Assembly: GCF_006345805.1 (NCBI RefSeq)
Contig: NC_043009.1
Span: 6,572,001 to 6,636,000, forward strand
Direction: 5' to 3'
Length of the DNA stretch: 64,000 bases
DNA from: Octopus sinensis
Lineage: Eukaryota
In this document: positions 39,239-52,544 of the stretch, one piece after another
How positions within the stretch are numbered: the first letter of the stretch is position 1
Layout: each line of letters opens with the position of its first letter
Notes under the pieces: model-generated
The model's input: the letters and a program-made list of their open reading frames with translations, nothing else
What the model was told of the DNA's origin: nothing
The model's database searches: none
Made by a program: the position numbers and the translations under genes

Positions 39239-40559
39239 CACACATACATATATATATATATGCATATATACACGCATTCAAACATATACGTACATGTATA
39301 TGTGCGTCGGTGTATGTATACATAGATATATACGTGTATATACATTTATTTATGAGAGTAAATATACAGAGATATATATGTGTGCGTGTGCATGTGTGCG
39401 GGTATGTGTGTGTGCATGTGTGTGTTTGTGTGTGCGTGTGTGTGTGCATGTGTGTGTGTGTGTTTGTGTGTGTGTGCGTTTTCTATAAGTTTTCCTGAAG
39501 TCTTACGGACTGATTTTGTAGATAAATGGAAGGCTCGGTGAAGATGAGTATTGCTGCCGATCTTCGGCCTAAAATTCTAGAGAAGCATAAGTACATGATG
39601 TTTCATAACATGAAATCATTATTCTTTCATTTCATGTTTTTTACTCTTTCACTGAAGCGCCCTCCTTTTTCTCTTGGTTTGCCAGTCCTAAGCTCGTCCT
39701 CTAATAATCTTTACAGTCATCATAACCTTTCTATCTATCACTGTGGATTGTAGCAGAGATTTGTTATTTCATTAGCTTATGCATATAAGTGTAGTGTGGA
39801 GCAAATTTGCTTCAGTTTGGGGAGTCCAGCTCGCTTGTAGGACACTTGTGGTACACCATTTACTGTCGAATAATTACAAAAGGGGAAACGGACATATTTA
39901 AGATTGAATGTACGAACTATGACAATCATATCTCTCTTCATGTAATTCAGACTGCGTACTTTCAACATAGCTCGTGGACATAAATGATGAAATCACTGGA
40001 GACCAAGTATGCATGGTTGGGCTTAGACTCGCTGTTTAGTACAGAAGTCAAGCCAAAGAATCTGCCTCAAGTGTTCAGAGTGAGGACAAACGAATTATAC
40101 ATTTCGAACAATTATTTATTGAGTCAAAACTATTGAAAAGTTTGCAAGACGCAACGAAAATTTTAGGAAAATAAAAATAAGAAATAACTGGAAATTTTAC
40201 CGGTGAATGTGTTATATTATAAGGCACAAAAAGAAAATGACTCTCCCCAGACACAATAGAATATGCTTCAACACACGAACTCATATAAAGAATCTTGCAA
40301 ACCAAATCCAAAAACGAAATATTTCTTGATATATTTATCGATTCTAACATCAAAACTACTAATAATGAGCGATTGGTGCATAATATATATCGGACTATTT
40401 TTTGGTAGAGTCCTAGTGAACCTCGCTGAAACACAATATGTGTCCGACTGAAACAAAAGAAATTAAAAAATTATTCAAAATATGTGTTTCTGTTTTCAGT
40501 GTCATTAGATTACATTAATACGTAAAACTTGATGCAGTGAGATGCATAACTTCTATTTC

Positions 40560-41520
40560 ATTTTATCTTTATAAATTTCAAAGATGAACATTGGATTCGT
40601 GGTTGTTGTGTAAAGCTCCGCATTTGGTAGAAATCTCTTCAGCGATTTGTGTCGCTTTTTGCATTTGATGAGTTTATGCGTTTTCAGGATGTTGTTCATT
40701 TTTGGATCTCCAGTTAGTAAAGTGATATTTTGCACAATAGTATTCTATGCCTCACTGTTTCTAGGATTGTGGGTTGATATTGGCAGTAGTGTTTTGAGAT
40801 GAGATGTGGTGTTTGGCACGCTTAATTCACTCGTTTGTGAGAGTAGATATTGCCTTTCAGTTAGCGTTATTTTGAGGTCTTGGAGACGAATGTCTCTAGT
40901 AGTTCTATCAGATACTATTGTGCAATTCCTTTTTGCCAAATTAAAGGGGATATTCATTTTGATGTTTTTCGAGTGGCATTAACTAAAGAGGAGATATTGT
41001 TTCGAGTCCGGTAGTTTATGATAGATGTCAGTTATAATTTGACTGTTGACTGTTTTTTATCATAATGTTCAAAAATGGGAGCTGTTCTTTGTTATATTCC
41101 ATTGTGAACTGAATGTTACTATTCATTTCATTTAGTGTTGATTTAAAGTCTAAAAGTTTGTCAATGGTCTCCTTCCAGATGATAAAACAGTCATCCAGGT
41201 ATCTTTTCCACCTTTCTCTTATGTAATGGTAAAATAGGTAGCCATATTTTTGAAGTGACACTTCATATATGGTGAATTCAAAATAACCCATAACCAGGTT
41301 CACGGGAACAGGGGCTGCTTTATTTCTCATCGCAATTCTGCATGTTTGGCGATAGTATATGTAATCAAATAGGAAATAATTATTCTGAAATACAAATTTC
41401 AATGATTCAATAATGGATATCTGGTTTATGCGTTCCGGGAGTACTTCGGGGGTACATTTCCAACCAGAATTTGATTGCTTTTATTCCACCTCGTTAAATC
41501 TTTCGCTCATAAATTTCACA
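40560..41520 (-). mobile_element. Penelope-like RT relic (second family)
   Basis: LKFVFQNNYF, WKRYLDDCFIIW (YLDD 41190-41201), IQFTME...LPFL, IPFNLAKRNCTIVSD; stops and frameshifts. Confidence 0.85.
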
Positions 41521-42789
41521 CACAACATGGACCTAAAAATTTCTTCTCAAGAAAATACGTATTTAAATAAATTTTAATGTCATGAATAGCGAAAGCAAAA
41601 CTGGTCGACAAACACAATGAAGATATATTAAAAATTATATCAAAACTATGTAAAGTGTGTGCTTTTCCTTCTTTAATTTCTTATATATATATATAATATA
41701 TATATTATATATATATATATATATATAATATATATATATATATATACATAGGTATATATATGTGTGTGTTGAGTATGTATAGTCACTTCAAGAAATGAAT
41801 TATTTCTCATATTTTTCTTTACTCCCCTTTTGGAATGATGCAGAATAGATTGGAAAAACTCCAACGGCAAAGCTTTAAAATCACTTTTAAAATCTCAGTC
41901 AGCTTTCTTCACCGTTATAGTCTAAGAATGAAACTTGAATATAGATTTCATTAAACCTGGCAACAATAAACAATGTAAACACAATTTTATGTGGAATAAG
42001 TTGTAATTTTCTTTTTAATTACCTCCTTTTCATTTTCAGTGTTGTTAAAATTTGCCGAAAGTTTATGCTTATTTGTATAACCAAAATATAAACTTTAATT
42101 GATTTACATTTTTTTTGCAAATGTCATTTAGTACATGAATGCCTAAAGGAAAATTTATTTGCATGTTTTCATATCTGATTTTCACAGACAAAGTCTATTT
42201 AAAGAATTCATTTTGTGATTAATTTAAGTAAACACGCTGTCTTCATACTGAAGTATAGACAAATAAAATTTGCCTCTTATACATATACACAGAGGTCATA
42301 GAGGTACGATCATCAACTATTCACGACCAGCTTCTATTGTACATAAATTCTATAGTGAGAAGCAATTAACATCTTAATAAATTTCATTGACAAAATATAG
42401 ATAAATAGATTATAAAAAGCATTGAGTTACATATTTTACGTGGCTCTGTCATCGTGATCAGACATAGCTATTGTGTCGCTGCTTCACCTAAAGACACAGA
42501 GCAACACCAACGGAGTGGCGGTTGGGACAAAGAGGGCTGCACCTGCATCGGTCGCTATTCATTTCTTCTTAGGACGTTGTAGCAATTTCAAATGAAGGGC
42601 ATTGCTGGAGTACAGAAATCACCGGCCGGTCAAGGAACTGAAAACGTAATCTTATAATTGGGGTTCCACATTACCAACATCCTAACATCTAGCAACTAGG
42701 CAACTAACTATATACCTGGGCAAATTAAAAATTTAAAAAAAAAAAACAGAAAAAACAATAGAATTCAAACGGACACAGAAAAAATATTA

Positions 42790-43370
42790 GACAGACGGTC
42801 AAGGAAAGTAAGATGGAAAAGAAAAGGTGGGTTTGAGGTCTAGAGCATGGCGCTTCGTCAGAAAGAAGGTCCGGAAAGAGGGAGAAGAATAGTCCGTGAA
42901 AAGCACGTGATGTCGTTACTTGGCGGGAAAATATAAAAGAATTCAATACGTATATGTTCTAGAATTAAGTGTTAGGCGAGTACAGAGCCTATTCTTCATA
43001 ACTGAATGACAAAAGAACAATAGTTACATTATCTAGTTCATTAGCTTACGACTGTTTCTTTCATTTCAAACAGTATTCTCAGAACTGAATGCTTATATAA
43101 GATCATATAATTCGTTCGGAACCTTACCCATGAATGCGGGCCGGTTTAATTTTGTTGTCTAAATCATGCTGCATTATATATTATTCCACCGAGGCTTCGT
43201 ACCTATGTCACAATCCCGATTTTCGGAAATAGTCTTGACTTTGCATGCTATCACTTATCCCAAAATGGCGACCTGGAGTCTATTTGCAACGTATGTTATT
43301 AAAAATATCCTGAAATCATCCATTGTTGTCCAGTATTAGAATATCTACGAGGATATGCTTGCTAGGAACA
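42790..43370 (-). mobile_element. Possible ancient LINE 3' relic
   Basis: Only weak resemblance to CR1/L2 RT C-termini; not alignable by eye. Confidence 0.25.
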
Positions 43371-44075
43371 TAATACACTAGAGGGAGGTGCAATAGTATA
43401 TCATTTCTAATGTAGCTCTACAGAGCAAGTAGCAAGGGAAAGGACACGCCTGCTCTGAAGGAACTACAAAGAGGATAACAAAATTTAATTCAAATCTACA
43501 CAAACACAAACACATATGTATATATATTTGTGTGTATATATTTATATATATATACGTATATGACAAATATTAAGCTAAACTCCATTGTATTTATGAAGAA
43601 GAATACTCTATTACAATGTCTCGATACAGTAAATACAAGAACACAGCCGACAAAGAGATAGCAACAATAATTCAATTATGTGGCTGTCTATAATGCAGAT
43701 GGTTTCAAAGAGAGAAAGCATGATATAAAGACGATATGAAACTCAGAAAGAACGTTTAGAAGAAACAAAACCGTATTCCTCATTCATTTTATACATGTTA
43801 CAATTTCAATGAATGTTATTCAGTTCGGCTTTCAGGTGTGTTTATCTAAATGTTAATATTATTACCTTTTGTTAAGATATAAAAGACAGTTATGCTGTAT
43901 CTACTTATGTAGATATAGCTTTTTTCTTTTTCTTCCGTTTTTTTTATTTATCTATTCATTTATTTATCTTTGCTGTTGCTGTTGCAGTAACAGCTTCTAT
44001 CCAGTATTATATCTATGTTATTAAATGTACGTTCCTTAGCGTATGTTCGCCATTATATAGGTAAGCGCGCTTGTT

Positions 44076-44116
<41 letters not shown>

Positions 44117-44549
44117 GTTCGTGAATGTGTAGGTTTCTCTGTATGTGCATGTCTTCAGAGTTGCTGTGTGTATAGGTTATTTATTGGAGTATCTGTGAAA
44201 TCAATGGCACTAAGTAAATATTTCTACATTTGTACATTTGTATATATAAATAATATGTTTAGTATAATGAATATTTCATACGTATGCTTATATATATATA
44301 ACGTATACATATATGTGTGTGTATGTAAGTATGTATGTATTTATGCATGTATATAGGTTTATAACGTACATACATATATATATATACACATTCGTATGAG
44401 ATTCATTTCATGGATAGACACAGCTTAATATTAATGTGTTTGAGAAGCCATCCGCTATTTACATTGGATTAAACATAACAAACACTCCGGTGTACACATA
44501 CACGAAAATTACTAATTTCACAAAATATTTCGTTCTTGTATATCTACAT

Positions 44550-44629
44550 TATTTTCAGGCATACAGTCATATGTACATGTGTGTGTATGTATATATGGAC
44601 ATATCTTATATATATATATATGTATATAC

Positions 44630-44660
<31 letters not shown>

Positions 44661-44696
44661 CATATATATGTTTACTTGTATGCATATATATTTATG

Positions 44697-44729
<33 letters not shown>

Positions 44730-44918
44730 GTAGATATATATATATAAACATATACAATTATATACATATATATGCATAAATACATCTATATATACATATA
44801 GGCATGTATACACATACACATACACGTGTGTATATATCTATATATATATATGTATGTATATTTGTTATATATACATACATATATATATAATCATGCATGT
44901 ATATATAAACATATATAT

Positions 44919-44966
<48 letters not shown>

Positions 44967-45005
44967 TATATATATATGTATATATATATATGTGTGTGTG
45001 TGTGT
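44550..45005. repeat. TA/CA microsatellite block
   Basis: Direct reading. Confidence 0.92.
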
Positions 45006-46076
45006 AAATTTAATATAGATTGAAAAAATAACGTGTTTGTTATTGTCAATGCTATTCATTGCTTATGAGTATGCGAGATCGCTAAAGTTGTTTACAAGTA
45101 GGTTTCTATGATATTTATTTTATTGGGAAATGAAATGTTGTTATGCCCCAAAGATCCATTGATGTTATGGATATAGTGCTTTAATCGATATGGAATGCAT
45201 ACACGTGTACAATGTCGCACAGACTGTTTTAAGTTTTTTGTTACAATTGATTGGATTTCAAGGTTAACAGAACCTATTGTATCGCAGCTATTATATCATC
45301 CAATCGAAATATGATCTTAGAAGTATTGATACCCACCTAAAGACTTCCACTCTTTAGTTAGTGGTATCGTCGTTCTTGTGAAACTAGGCACCTACTTGTA
45401 AGGTGCAGCACTTTGTAAGGCTGTTTTTCCTTTGTATTGATGTCAGCTGTGGGAAATCTCTACGTTCAACAGTTTCAGACAAATAGGTAAAATCCATCAC
45501 CTATAGCTTTTCAGTCCAGTAGTCTGTATTTGTTTTCAGACAAGTTCACCATCCATTGCCATCTTGTTCGTCCTGTCGCGACTTTACTATATTGCTCATT
45601 TTTCTGAGTGGACAATAGCAATATAAAAGGAAGTTTCCCAAGTCTAACGCTTCCCAAGTCCAGGAATCGAAATCACAATCTCACGTGTATGAATCCAACA
45701 TCCTATCAACTAAGATTAGAATGTTGTCGTCATGATCAGACATCTCCACATAAAGGCAACAACTTATACAAATTCGTAGCAATGATGCTGTGAATGACTC
45801 CTCAGGATGTCAAATAGGAACACACACCACCCCGTGATGAAGCACCTTACATCTTAGCAATCGCACTAATAGACCGCGTTGGGAGCAGTAATTCATATAT
45901 TAATACGGAAATTTTGAAGTACATATTTGATATTGGTGACGTTTAAACGAAACAACATTTAAGTGCCAATAGAATAAAAATCAAAAAGACATCGTCTTCA
46001 AGGCTTTGTAGAATTTTCGAGTTGGTCAGGAATACAACTTATTAATATAGTAGCCAGGTTGAAAGGAGCAACAGAA

Positions 46077-46266
46077 GGAGGCACAATGGCCCAATAGTCA
46101 GGGCAGTGGACTCGCGGTCGGAGGATCGCGGTTTCGATTCCCAGACCGGGCGTTCTGTGTGTTTATTGAGCGAAAACACCTAAAGCTCCACGAGGCTCCG
46201 GCAGGGGGGTGGCGACCCCTGTTGTACTCTTTCGCCCCAAATTTCTCTCACTCTTTCTTCCTGTTT
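46077..46266 (+). mobile_element. Family B-type SINE, 3' truncated
   Basis: TGGCCCAATAG, GGTTTCGATTCCCAGACCGGG; homology ends at CTTCCTGTTT. Confidence 0.85.
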
Positions 46267-46784
46267 ATTGTCCCCGACTTCCTACGCCACAGCTGAGCCT
46301 GGATGCGCATTCATCCATCCGTCGATGCTCTCGATGTCGGGGGTTGACCTGCTTTCTCTTCTGCGGTTCTTAAGAATAGCAAAGAACCACGTTTCGGACT
46401 TCTCCCATCTTGCGAGCTCTGGGACGAACGCCGTTCGCTCAACAGCAACAGCAACAGCAGCAGCAGAAGTAGCAGCAGCAGCAGAAGTAGCAAGCCCATT
46501 CACGACGTGCACCACTGTAAGAAACTTCAACTTCTGACTGTGATCATCAATATGAATCGACTATTGCAACCGAGTAGTTGTAATGATTATCAACAAAAAT
46601 CATTTGTAGATAGATCTTCCGTTTGATTCCCGCGGTACAGGTTTTTCAATCAAATCGACTGCTTTCTTATTTATCGATAACTTTGCCGGTTGAGTACAGG
46701 ACTAGAGAAATTTGTACCGCAGGACACGGTGAGGTAGTGCGCTAAGAATAATAGGCCTTTCAATTTCACATAGATTTTCAGATA

Positions 46785-47295
46785 CCGTAAATCCTCGAGT
46801 ATAACACGCATTTTTTCCCCAAAATTTAAATGTCAAAATCCCTAGTGCGTACTATATTAGGTTAAAAATGAAAATTATTTTCTAAGCAATGTCCGAGTCT
46901 CTATTTGCTGTCTGGTTATGTTTATTCAGACACATGTTGTGATGTCGGGTGCGAAAATACTTTAAGCTAAGCCAGTAAGTCATAAACGGATAATCTATAA
47001 CTTGCAGTAAGCAATATTTATTAAGCGTTATAGCTGTTAATATTGTTATTTCTTTATTTTCTACAAACAAAATGAACACAAAAGCTACACGTTTGCATTA
47101 TGTTATATATACACTAATAGTAAAACACCTTACCGTATACATTTTTACAAATCATGGACGTTATATAGACCTCCTTGACTCAAGTTAGAGAAGGGGTGCA
47201 TATTATACACAAGGTTTAGGTTTTTCAGAGGTACAGACCCCTAAAAATCCCCTGCGTATTATACTCAAGGGCGGATTATACTCGAGGATTTACAG
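46785..47295. mobile_element. Tc1/mariner-superfamily (pogo-like) MITE
   Basis: 20-bp TIR CCGTAAATCCTCGAGTATAA / TTATACTCGAGGATTTACAG (1 mismatch), TA TSD. The pogo label is inference. Confidence 0.85.
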
Positions 47296-47599
47296 TATGT
47301 CTGAAATCTCAGTATCAAATATATATTCAGAATTTCGGAAAATTCATTGGTCGGTTTTCAGGCAAATTCCCTCTTCTCATTTTCGGTCACATTGATTGAG
47401 TTAATCCAGAGTAAATGGAAGAGAGTTATCCAAGATTCCACATAATGAAAACGAAGCGAGGAACTCGTGAAAAGGAAAAACAAACTGCTCATCCAACATA
47501 TTGTGGAAAGTAATAACCTTTTACATGCATGTTAGTTAATCATAATATTGTCAATACAGATTACTAACAAACCAAGACATCCTAGAATTTTAGAAAAGT

Positions 47600-48150
47600 G
47601 ATAATGTAAGAAAATGAAGCCCAAATTGAAATATATATGAAAATACGAAGTCAGTCATGATCCTCAGAACCAGGGGTTGAACGACTAATAATATGAGAAA
47701 ACACTAGAGATAAAACAAAAAAGCGGAACACCTACACAAAATATAAGCACTTGCAAAGTAATGAAAGCTCTATAGGAGAGTATTATGTCCAGAATGCAGC
47801 TGGGACTTAACAACTCAACGAAATACATTTGAAATAATAACTTATAAAGCACCTGATGCTCTACCGAAAAGATGATAATAAAAATTATCCCAAAAGCAGA
47901 GAACTCATCATAACGTAACAGAATCAGAGAAGGCATAAAACAAGGACCAAGAAGTTGACCACACGAGATTGTACAGAAGTCCGTTTACAAATATGTAAGG
48001 GACAAAAAAATATGCGCAGTAACTGTTATGCTGTAACATACAAAGGCAAAGCACGCAGTACAGAGAGATGATGGATGTGTCTTACAATAGGTTTAGCCAA
48101 AGATGTAATACATGTAAACGGAACGACTATAACAAGCTCACGGGCTCGGA
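47600..48150 (+). mobile_element. Decayed LINE RT relic
   Basis: IREGIKQG (47923-47946) resembles RT motif B; VNGTTITS near 48115 resembles the approach to the FADD motif. Confidence 0.45.
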
Positions 48151-48466
48151 CAGCGGTGGGAGATTAATTCAAAATATTCATGAAATAAAACTTCTGAATA
48201 TAGTATCGAACAAACCAAGAGTTCTTAATGAAGTAGAAGGAGAGTAATCTGATATTAAAATAACATTGAAATAATCAGATATTATGGCGAAAGGATATCA
48301 AGTGGAAGGCACCTGACGATGTATTAAAAATAACGGAATAGATCTATAAGTAAAATAAATTAACACGCAAAGGAAAGAAATTGAAAACACACATTACATT
48401 ACCGTCTTTTAAACTATAATAATTTTCCTTCTGTAATAAATAATTCGTTTCACAAAATGTTTAATA

Positions 48467-49270
48467 TCTCTATATATAAACGGCAGTTTCTCTGTCTGTG
48501 TGTATGTGTGTCTGTCAGGTTGTACCCTCACCCTGACTACGGCTTTCAACCGATTCTGATGAAACTTGACACACACGTAGCCCAATGTCATAATTCAAAA
48601 CTAACGCAGCGAAAATTTTTTAAAAATCCCCCAGTTCTGAAAAACAATCGATAAATTCGACATGGGTCGAGAATCTAAGCTTTTTATATGCAACACATTT
48701 TCTACAGACTGTCTAGGGGACGCAACTCGACCTTTTTAACTCTCCGAACACGCGGGGTAAGTATCCCAAAATGTATAAAAATGTACAAAAACGGCAAAAA
48801 AGCGGGCAGCAATGTGAGTGACAACAACGAAAAAGTCAAAAGTGACCAAACTGAACAAACGAATGGAAAAGGTTTTTTGATGCACACGACAAAAGCAGTT
48901 TATAATAAACCAAGAGTTTGCAAGTAGCGTCCGAGGACCCTTAGGGTACGTCAAAAATTTAAGGTAAAACGTTTGGGGTGGTAGTTATAAAGAAAGTGTA
49001 AACAAAAACGTATTCGAATAACTTGCGGCTGCAGCAGCTATTAGCAGAAGTGGCGGTGTTGGGGGTAAAGTCTCGAATGTAATTTCTTCCTTGTAGGAAT
49101 TGGTTCGGTTGAATTATCGATAGTTGTTTGATAGTTATTTGGGAGTGAAGAGAAGACATTGCAACCTACACATGCGTCTTCGTTCCCTAGAGGGAAAGGA
49201 CAAGATTGGGATTAGTTGTTGCCTACTAGGGGCTCTTACATACCCGGGCAACGCCGGGCTATGCTGGTAG
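48467..49270 (+). mobile_element. Non-autonomous Helitron 3
   Basis: A|TCTCTATATATAAACGGCAG 5' end like Helitron 2; hairpin CCCGG-GCAACG-CCGGG (49243-49258); degenerate GTAG|T end. Confidence 0.75.
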
Positions 49271-49537
49271 TTAAATATAATTTCTTGCTTTGTATTTTCT
49301 AGGATTATATAATGTTGACTGTTTCTAACAAGAATGAAATGGTGCTATATGAATATAAATTCGAAGATGTTTCTAATATATATATAGTCTAAACCGGCAA
49401 TATATATGTATGTATATGTATGGATTATGTATGTATGTATGTATGTATGTATGTATGTATGTATGTATGTATGTATGTATTATGTGCATAAGCCTGCTTC
49501 CTATTTGCAACCTCGAAGCCTTAACAGGTGATGGAAT

Positions 49538-49575
<38 letters not shown>

Positions 49576-49580
49576 ATATA

Positions 49581-49731
49581 TATAACTAAAAATAAGGGTG
49601 TCTGAGAGACACCACCATGCCGAAATAGCAGTCAAATCCCTGGCTCTAAAAATCACGTGGTTTTAGAGTCAGGAATTTGACTGCTATTTCAGCAAGGTGG
49701 TGTCTCTCAGACACCCTTATTTTTGGTTGTA
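49581..49731. repeat. ~150-bp near-perfect spacerless palindrome
   Basis: 71-nt arms with 6 mismatches plus a paired centre on CAC|GTG (49656/49657). Confidence 0.95.
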
Positions 49732-49991
49732 AAAAATTATTACCTTTGTATGGTATTTTTCCCATGCTGGCCACTTGATAATATCGATATATATATATAT
49801 AACAAGAGTTACGGAATGGAGTAGATAAGATTAGGCTTACATACGCTTCATAGCGAGCGGAACCTCAGAAGTGGTAAATAACCAGGCGCGCTGTATACCG
49901 CAGGCTACTCTTCAAGCCAAGGACACCTTGATTAAATGGAAGTATACATTGCCGCAAGGAAGTACATTTTAACGCATGGAAAATTCAATCA

Positions 49992-50037
<46 letters not shown>

Positions 50038-50197
50038 TATATATATCTATATATATATATATAGTCTTTATTATGTTTACGTGACTCTGTTAAGTTATGA
50101 TGAGCTCTCTGCTTGTGGATATTATAACAATCTTCGCTTTTTAGTGAAGATATAACGGGTGCTTTATAAGTTATTTTTTAAATATATATATATTGTC

Positions 50198-50710
50198 TAA
50201 CTACCCAGCAATCTAGGCGCGTGAGTATCACGTAAGGCTAGAAATGGGAGCGATGCATATTCTATACAGGCACAAACTGTGTGCCGGCAGCCAACTGCAA
50301 AGGATGTTTTGCTGGGGCTAAGTAACAGTAACATCGTCCTTGTATAGGACTGCCACATTATGTTGGCAAATAAACTTTACTATTTGGTACTGTTACTGCA
50401 TATATAAAAGTGTTTCTCTTTACGAGATCTGTGATGGTGTGTCGCTTCAAAAACCTATAGTATTTGCAAATGGAGCGAGTCGTCATCACTAGGCGGTGAT
50501 TGTCTCACACTGAGGACGGTTAACCATCCAGAAACCTAGGTCTGTGAGTATCACGCAAGGCTAGAGAACGGTGCGATTACCTCCCTTGCATATGCTATAC
50601 GGACACACACTGTGTGCCGGCAGCCAACTGGAAAAAGTGTTTTCCTGGGGCTAAATAACAGTAACATCGTCCTTGTATAGGACTGCTACATTATGCTGAC
50701 AAATAAACTT
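50198..50710 (+). mobile_element. HHR-containing tandem repeat (retrozyme-like or tandem pLTR), ~1.6 units, period 323 bp
   Basis: 50198-50377 is repeated at 50521-50710; both copies carry the HHR 3' half at the same offset. Confidence 0.7.
50504..50548 (+). ncRNA. Type I hammerhead ribozyme
   Basis: CUCACA-CUGAGGA-CGG-UUAACCAU-CCA-GAA-ACCUAGGU-C|UGUGAG: canonical core, GUC triplet, 6-bp stem I extended past an internal loop by GUGAU/AUCAC, palindromic stem III, C-A mismatch closing stem II. Confidence 0.85.
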
Positions 50711-50727
50711 CTCTCTCTCTCTTTCTA

Positions 50728-50828
<101 letters not shown>

Positions 50829-51200
50829 ATATATACATATCAGAAGGTGACATTTTTTTAACACAGCGTTGCAGTTAGAGCACCAGAAATACTGAGCTAA
50901 TTACCCTTACTCGATCCCATATCCCTCAAAAACGCAGGCCGAATGCTTTACCATTAAGCTGAACTGTCTTCTGACAAATTCAACTATCCAATTATACGGT
51001 AAATAGTATAGCTTTTATAGAACAGCCATGTAAAGAAACAAATATCTTTTATTAAATGCATCGAAATGTGCATCGTACAATACACATTTCGACGCTTCTA
51101 AGGAAATAACAAATATTTGTTTGTTTACATTTATACACCACGCACACACACACACACATACACACGCATACTCGCACACACGCACACCTATCTATATATA

Positions 51201-51250
<50 letters not shown>

Positions 51251-51312
51251 CGTGTACGTGTGTGTGTGTGTGTGTGTGTGCGTGCGTGTATAGATACACA
51301 CACGCATATATA

Positions 51313-52544
51313 CAGGGGTTGGACGAAATAATGGGAACACCTAACATCCTAATTTTGAAATTTGTATAAAACCGTCAAAAGCTTCTTTATTTTTATATTT
51401 TTTTTTATTTATTATTAGTGTTGCTTAATATGTTTTGCTAAAATTACTGTTTCTTTTCAGATATCATCAGAAAAAGATAATTGAAATTCATTAAAATGGC
51501 AGATCTATCGGACTTTCAAAGAGGTCACATTTTTGGTGCTCGTACGACAGGCACTAGCTTAACGAAGATGTTTGGTATATCAAGAAGTACTATCTCGAAA
51601 GTAATGACAGCCTTTAAGAAAGAGGGAAAACTTTCTCGTTGAAACAAAACTCGGGAAGAAAATAAAAATTTTCAAATAGGGACCGTCGGACTCTTACGCG
51701 AATTGTTAGAAAGGATCACAAAAGTGCAGGTCCAATATTACTGCAGACCTTCATGAACACATCGAAAACCCAGTTTACACAAAAACTGTTCAACGGGAGC
51801 TGCACAAAGCCGTGTTTCACTACTTTCAAAAAAAAAAGCTTTGCAAAGCGTTTGGTGTGGAGTAAAAACCTACAGAATTGGTCCCTAGAGCAGTGGAAGA
51901 ATGTTATCTTCTCAGACGAGTCCACCTTTACCTTATTTCCGACCACCAGCCGAATATACATGTGGAGACAGCCAAAAGAAGCATTTCACCCAGACTGCCT
52001 TCTTCCAACTGTTAAACATGGAGGAGGATCTTTGATGATCTGGGAGGCTATATCTTGGAAATCCACCAGTCCAACGATTTCCCTTCATGGTAAAATAAAT
52101 AGTCAAGATCATTTAAACATTTTATCTGATCAAATTCAGCCTATGGTTGCAGAACTGTTTCTCGAGAGAAAGGCAATCTTTCAGGATGATAATGCACCAA
52201 TTTACACAGCTAAAATTGTTACTGAATGGCACGAGGAACATTCTAGTGAAGTTCAACACCTTATCTGGCCACCACAGTCCCCAGATCTCAATATTATTCA
52301 ATATTTATTTTGCATTTTAGAAGAAACAAGTAAGGAGTCGATATCCTCCACCATCATCACTACAAGAATTGGAGGCTGTTTTAGCTGAAGAATGGACAAA
52401 AATTCCTTTGGAAATAATTCAAACTTTGTACGAGCCCATGCCTCATAAAATTCAAGCTGTAATTACTGCCAAAGTCGGTCCTACTCCATATTAAAATATA
52501 TTTGTCTGAAATTTCAATGTTTCCATTATTTTCTTCAAACCCTA
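51313..52544 (+). mobile_element. Tc1-like DNA transposon, 1232 bp
   Basis: Left TIR CAGGGGTTGGACGAAATAATGGGAACAC, degenerate right TIR, TA flanks, transposase inside. Confidence 0.92.
51496..52494 (+). pseudogene. Tc1-type transposase pseudogene with DD36E-type spacing (E mutated to Q)
   Basis: MADLSDFQRG..., WKNVIFSDES, IFQDDNAP, WPPQSPDLNIIQ; 36 residues between D (52188) and Q (52299); frameshifts and stops. Confidence 0.9.

Noticed and set aside
49800-49990. Complex island between the palindrome and the HHR tandem
   Set aside because: No HHR core, ORF or homology to the 323-bp unit could be found by eye.
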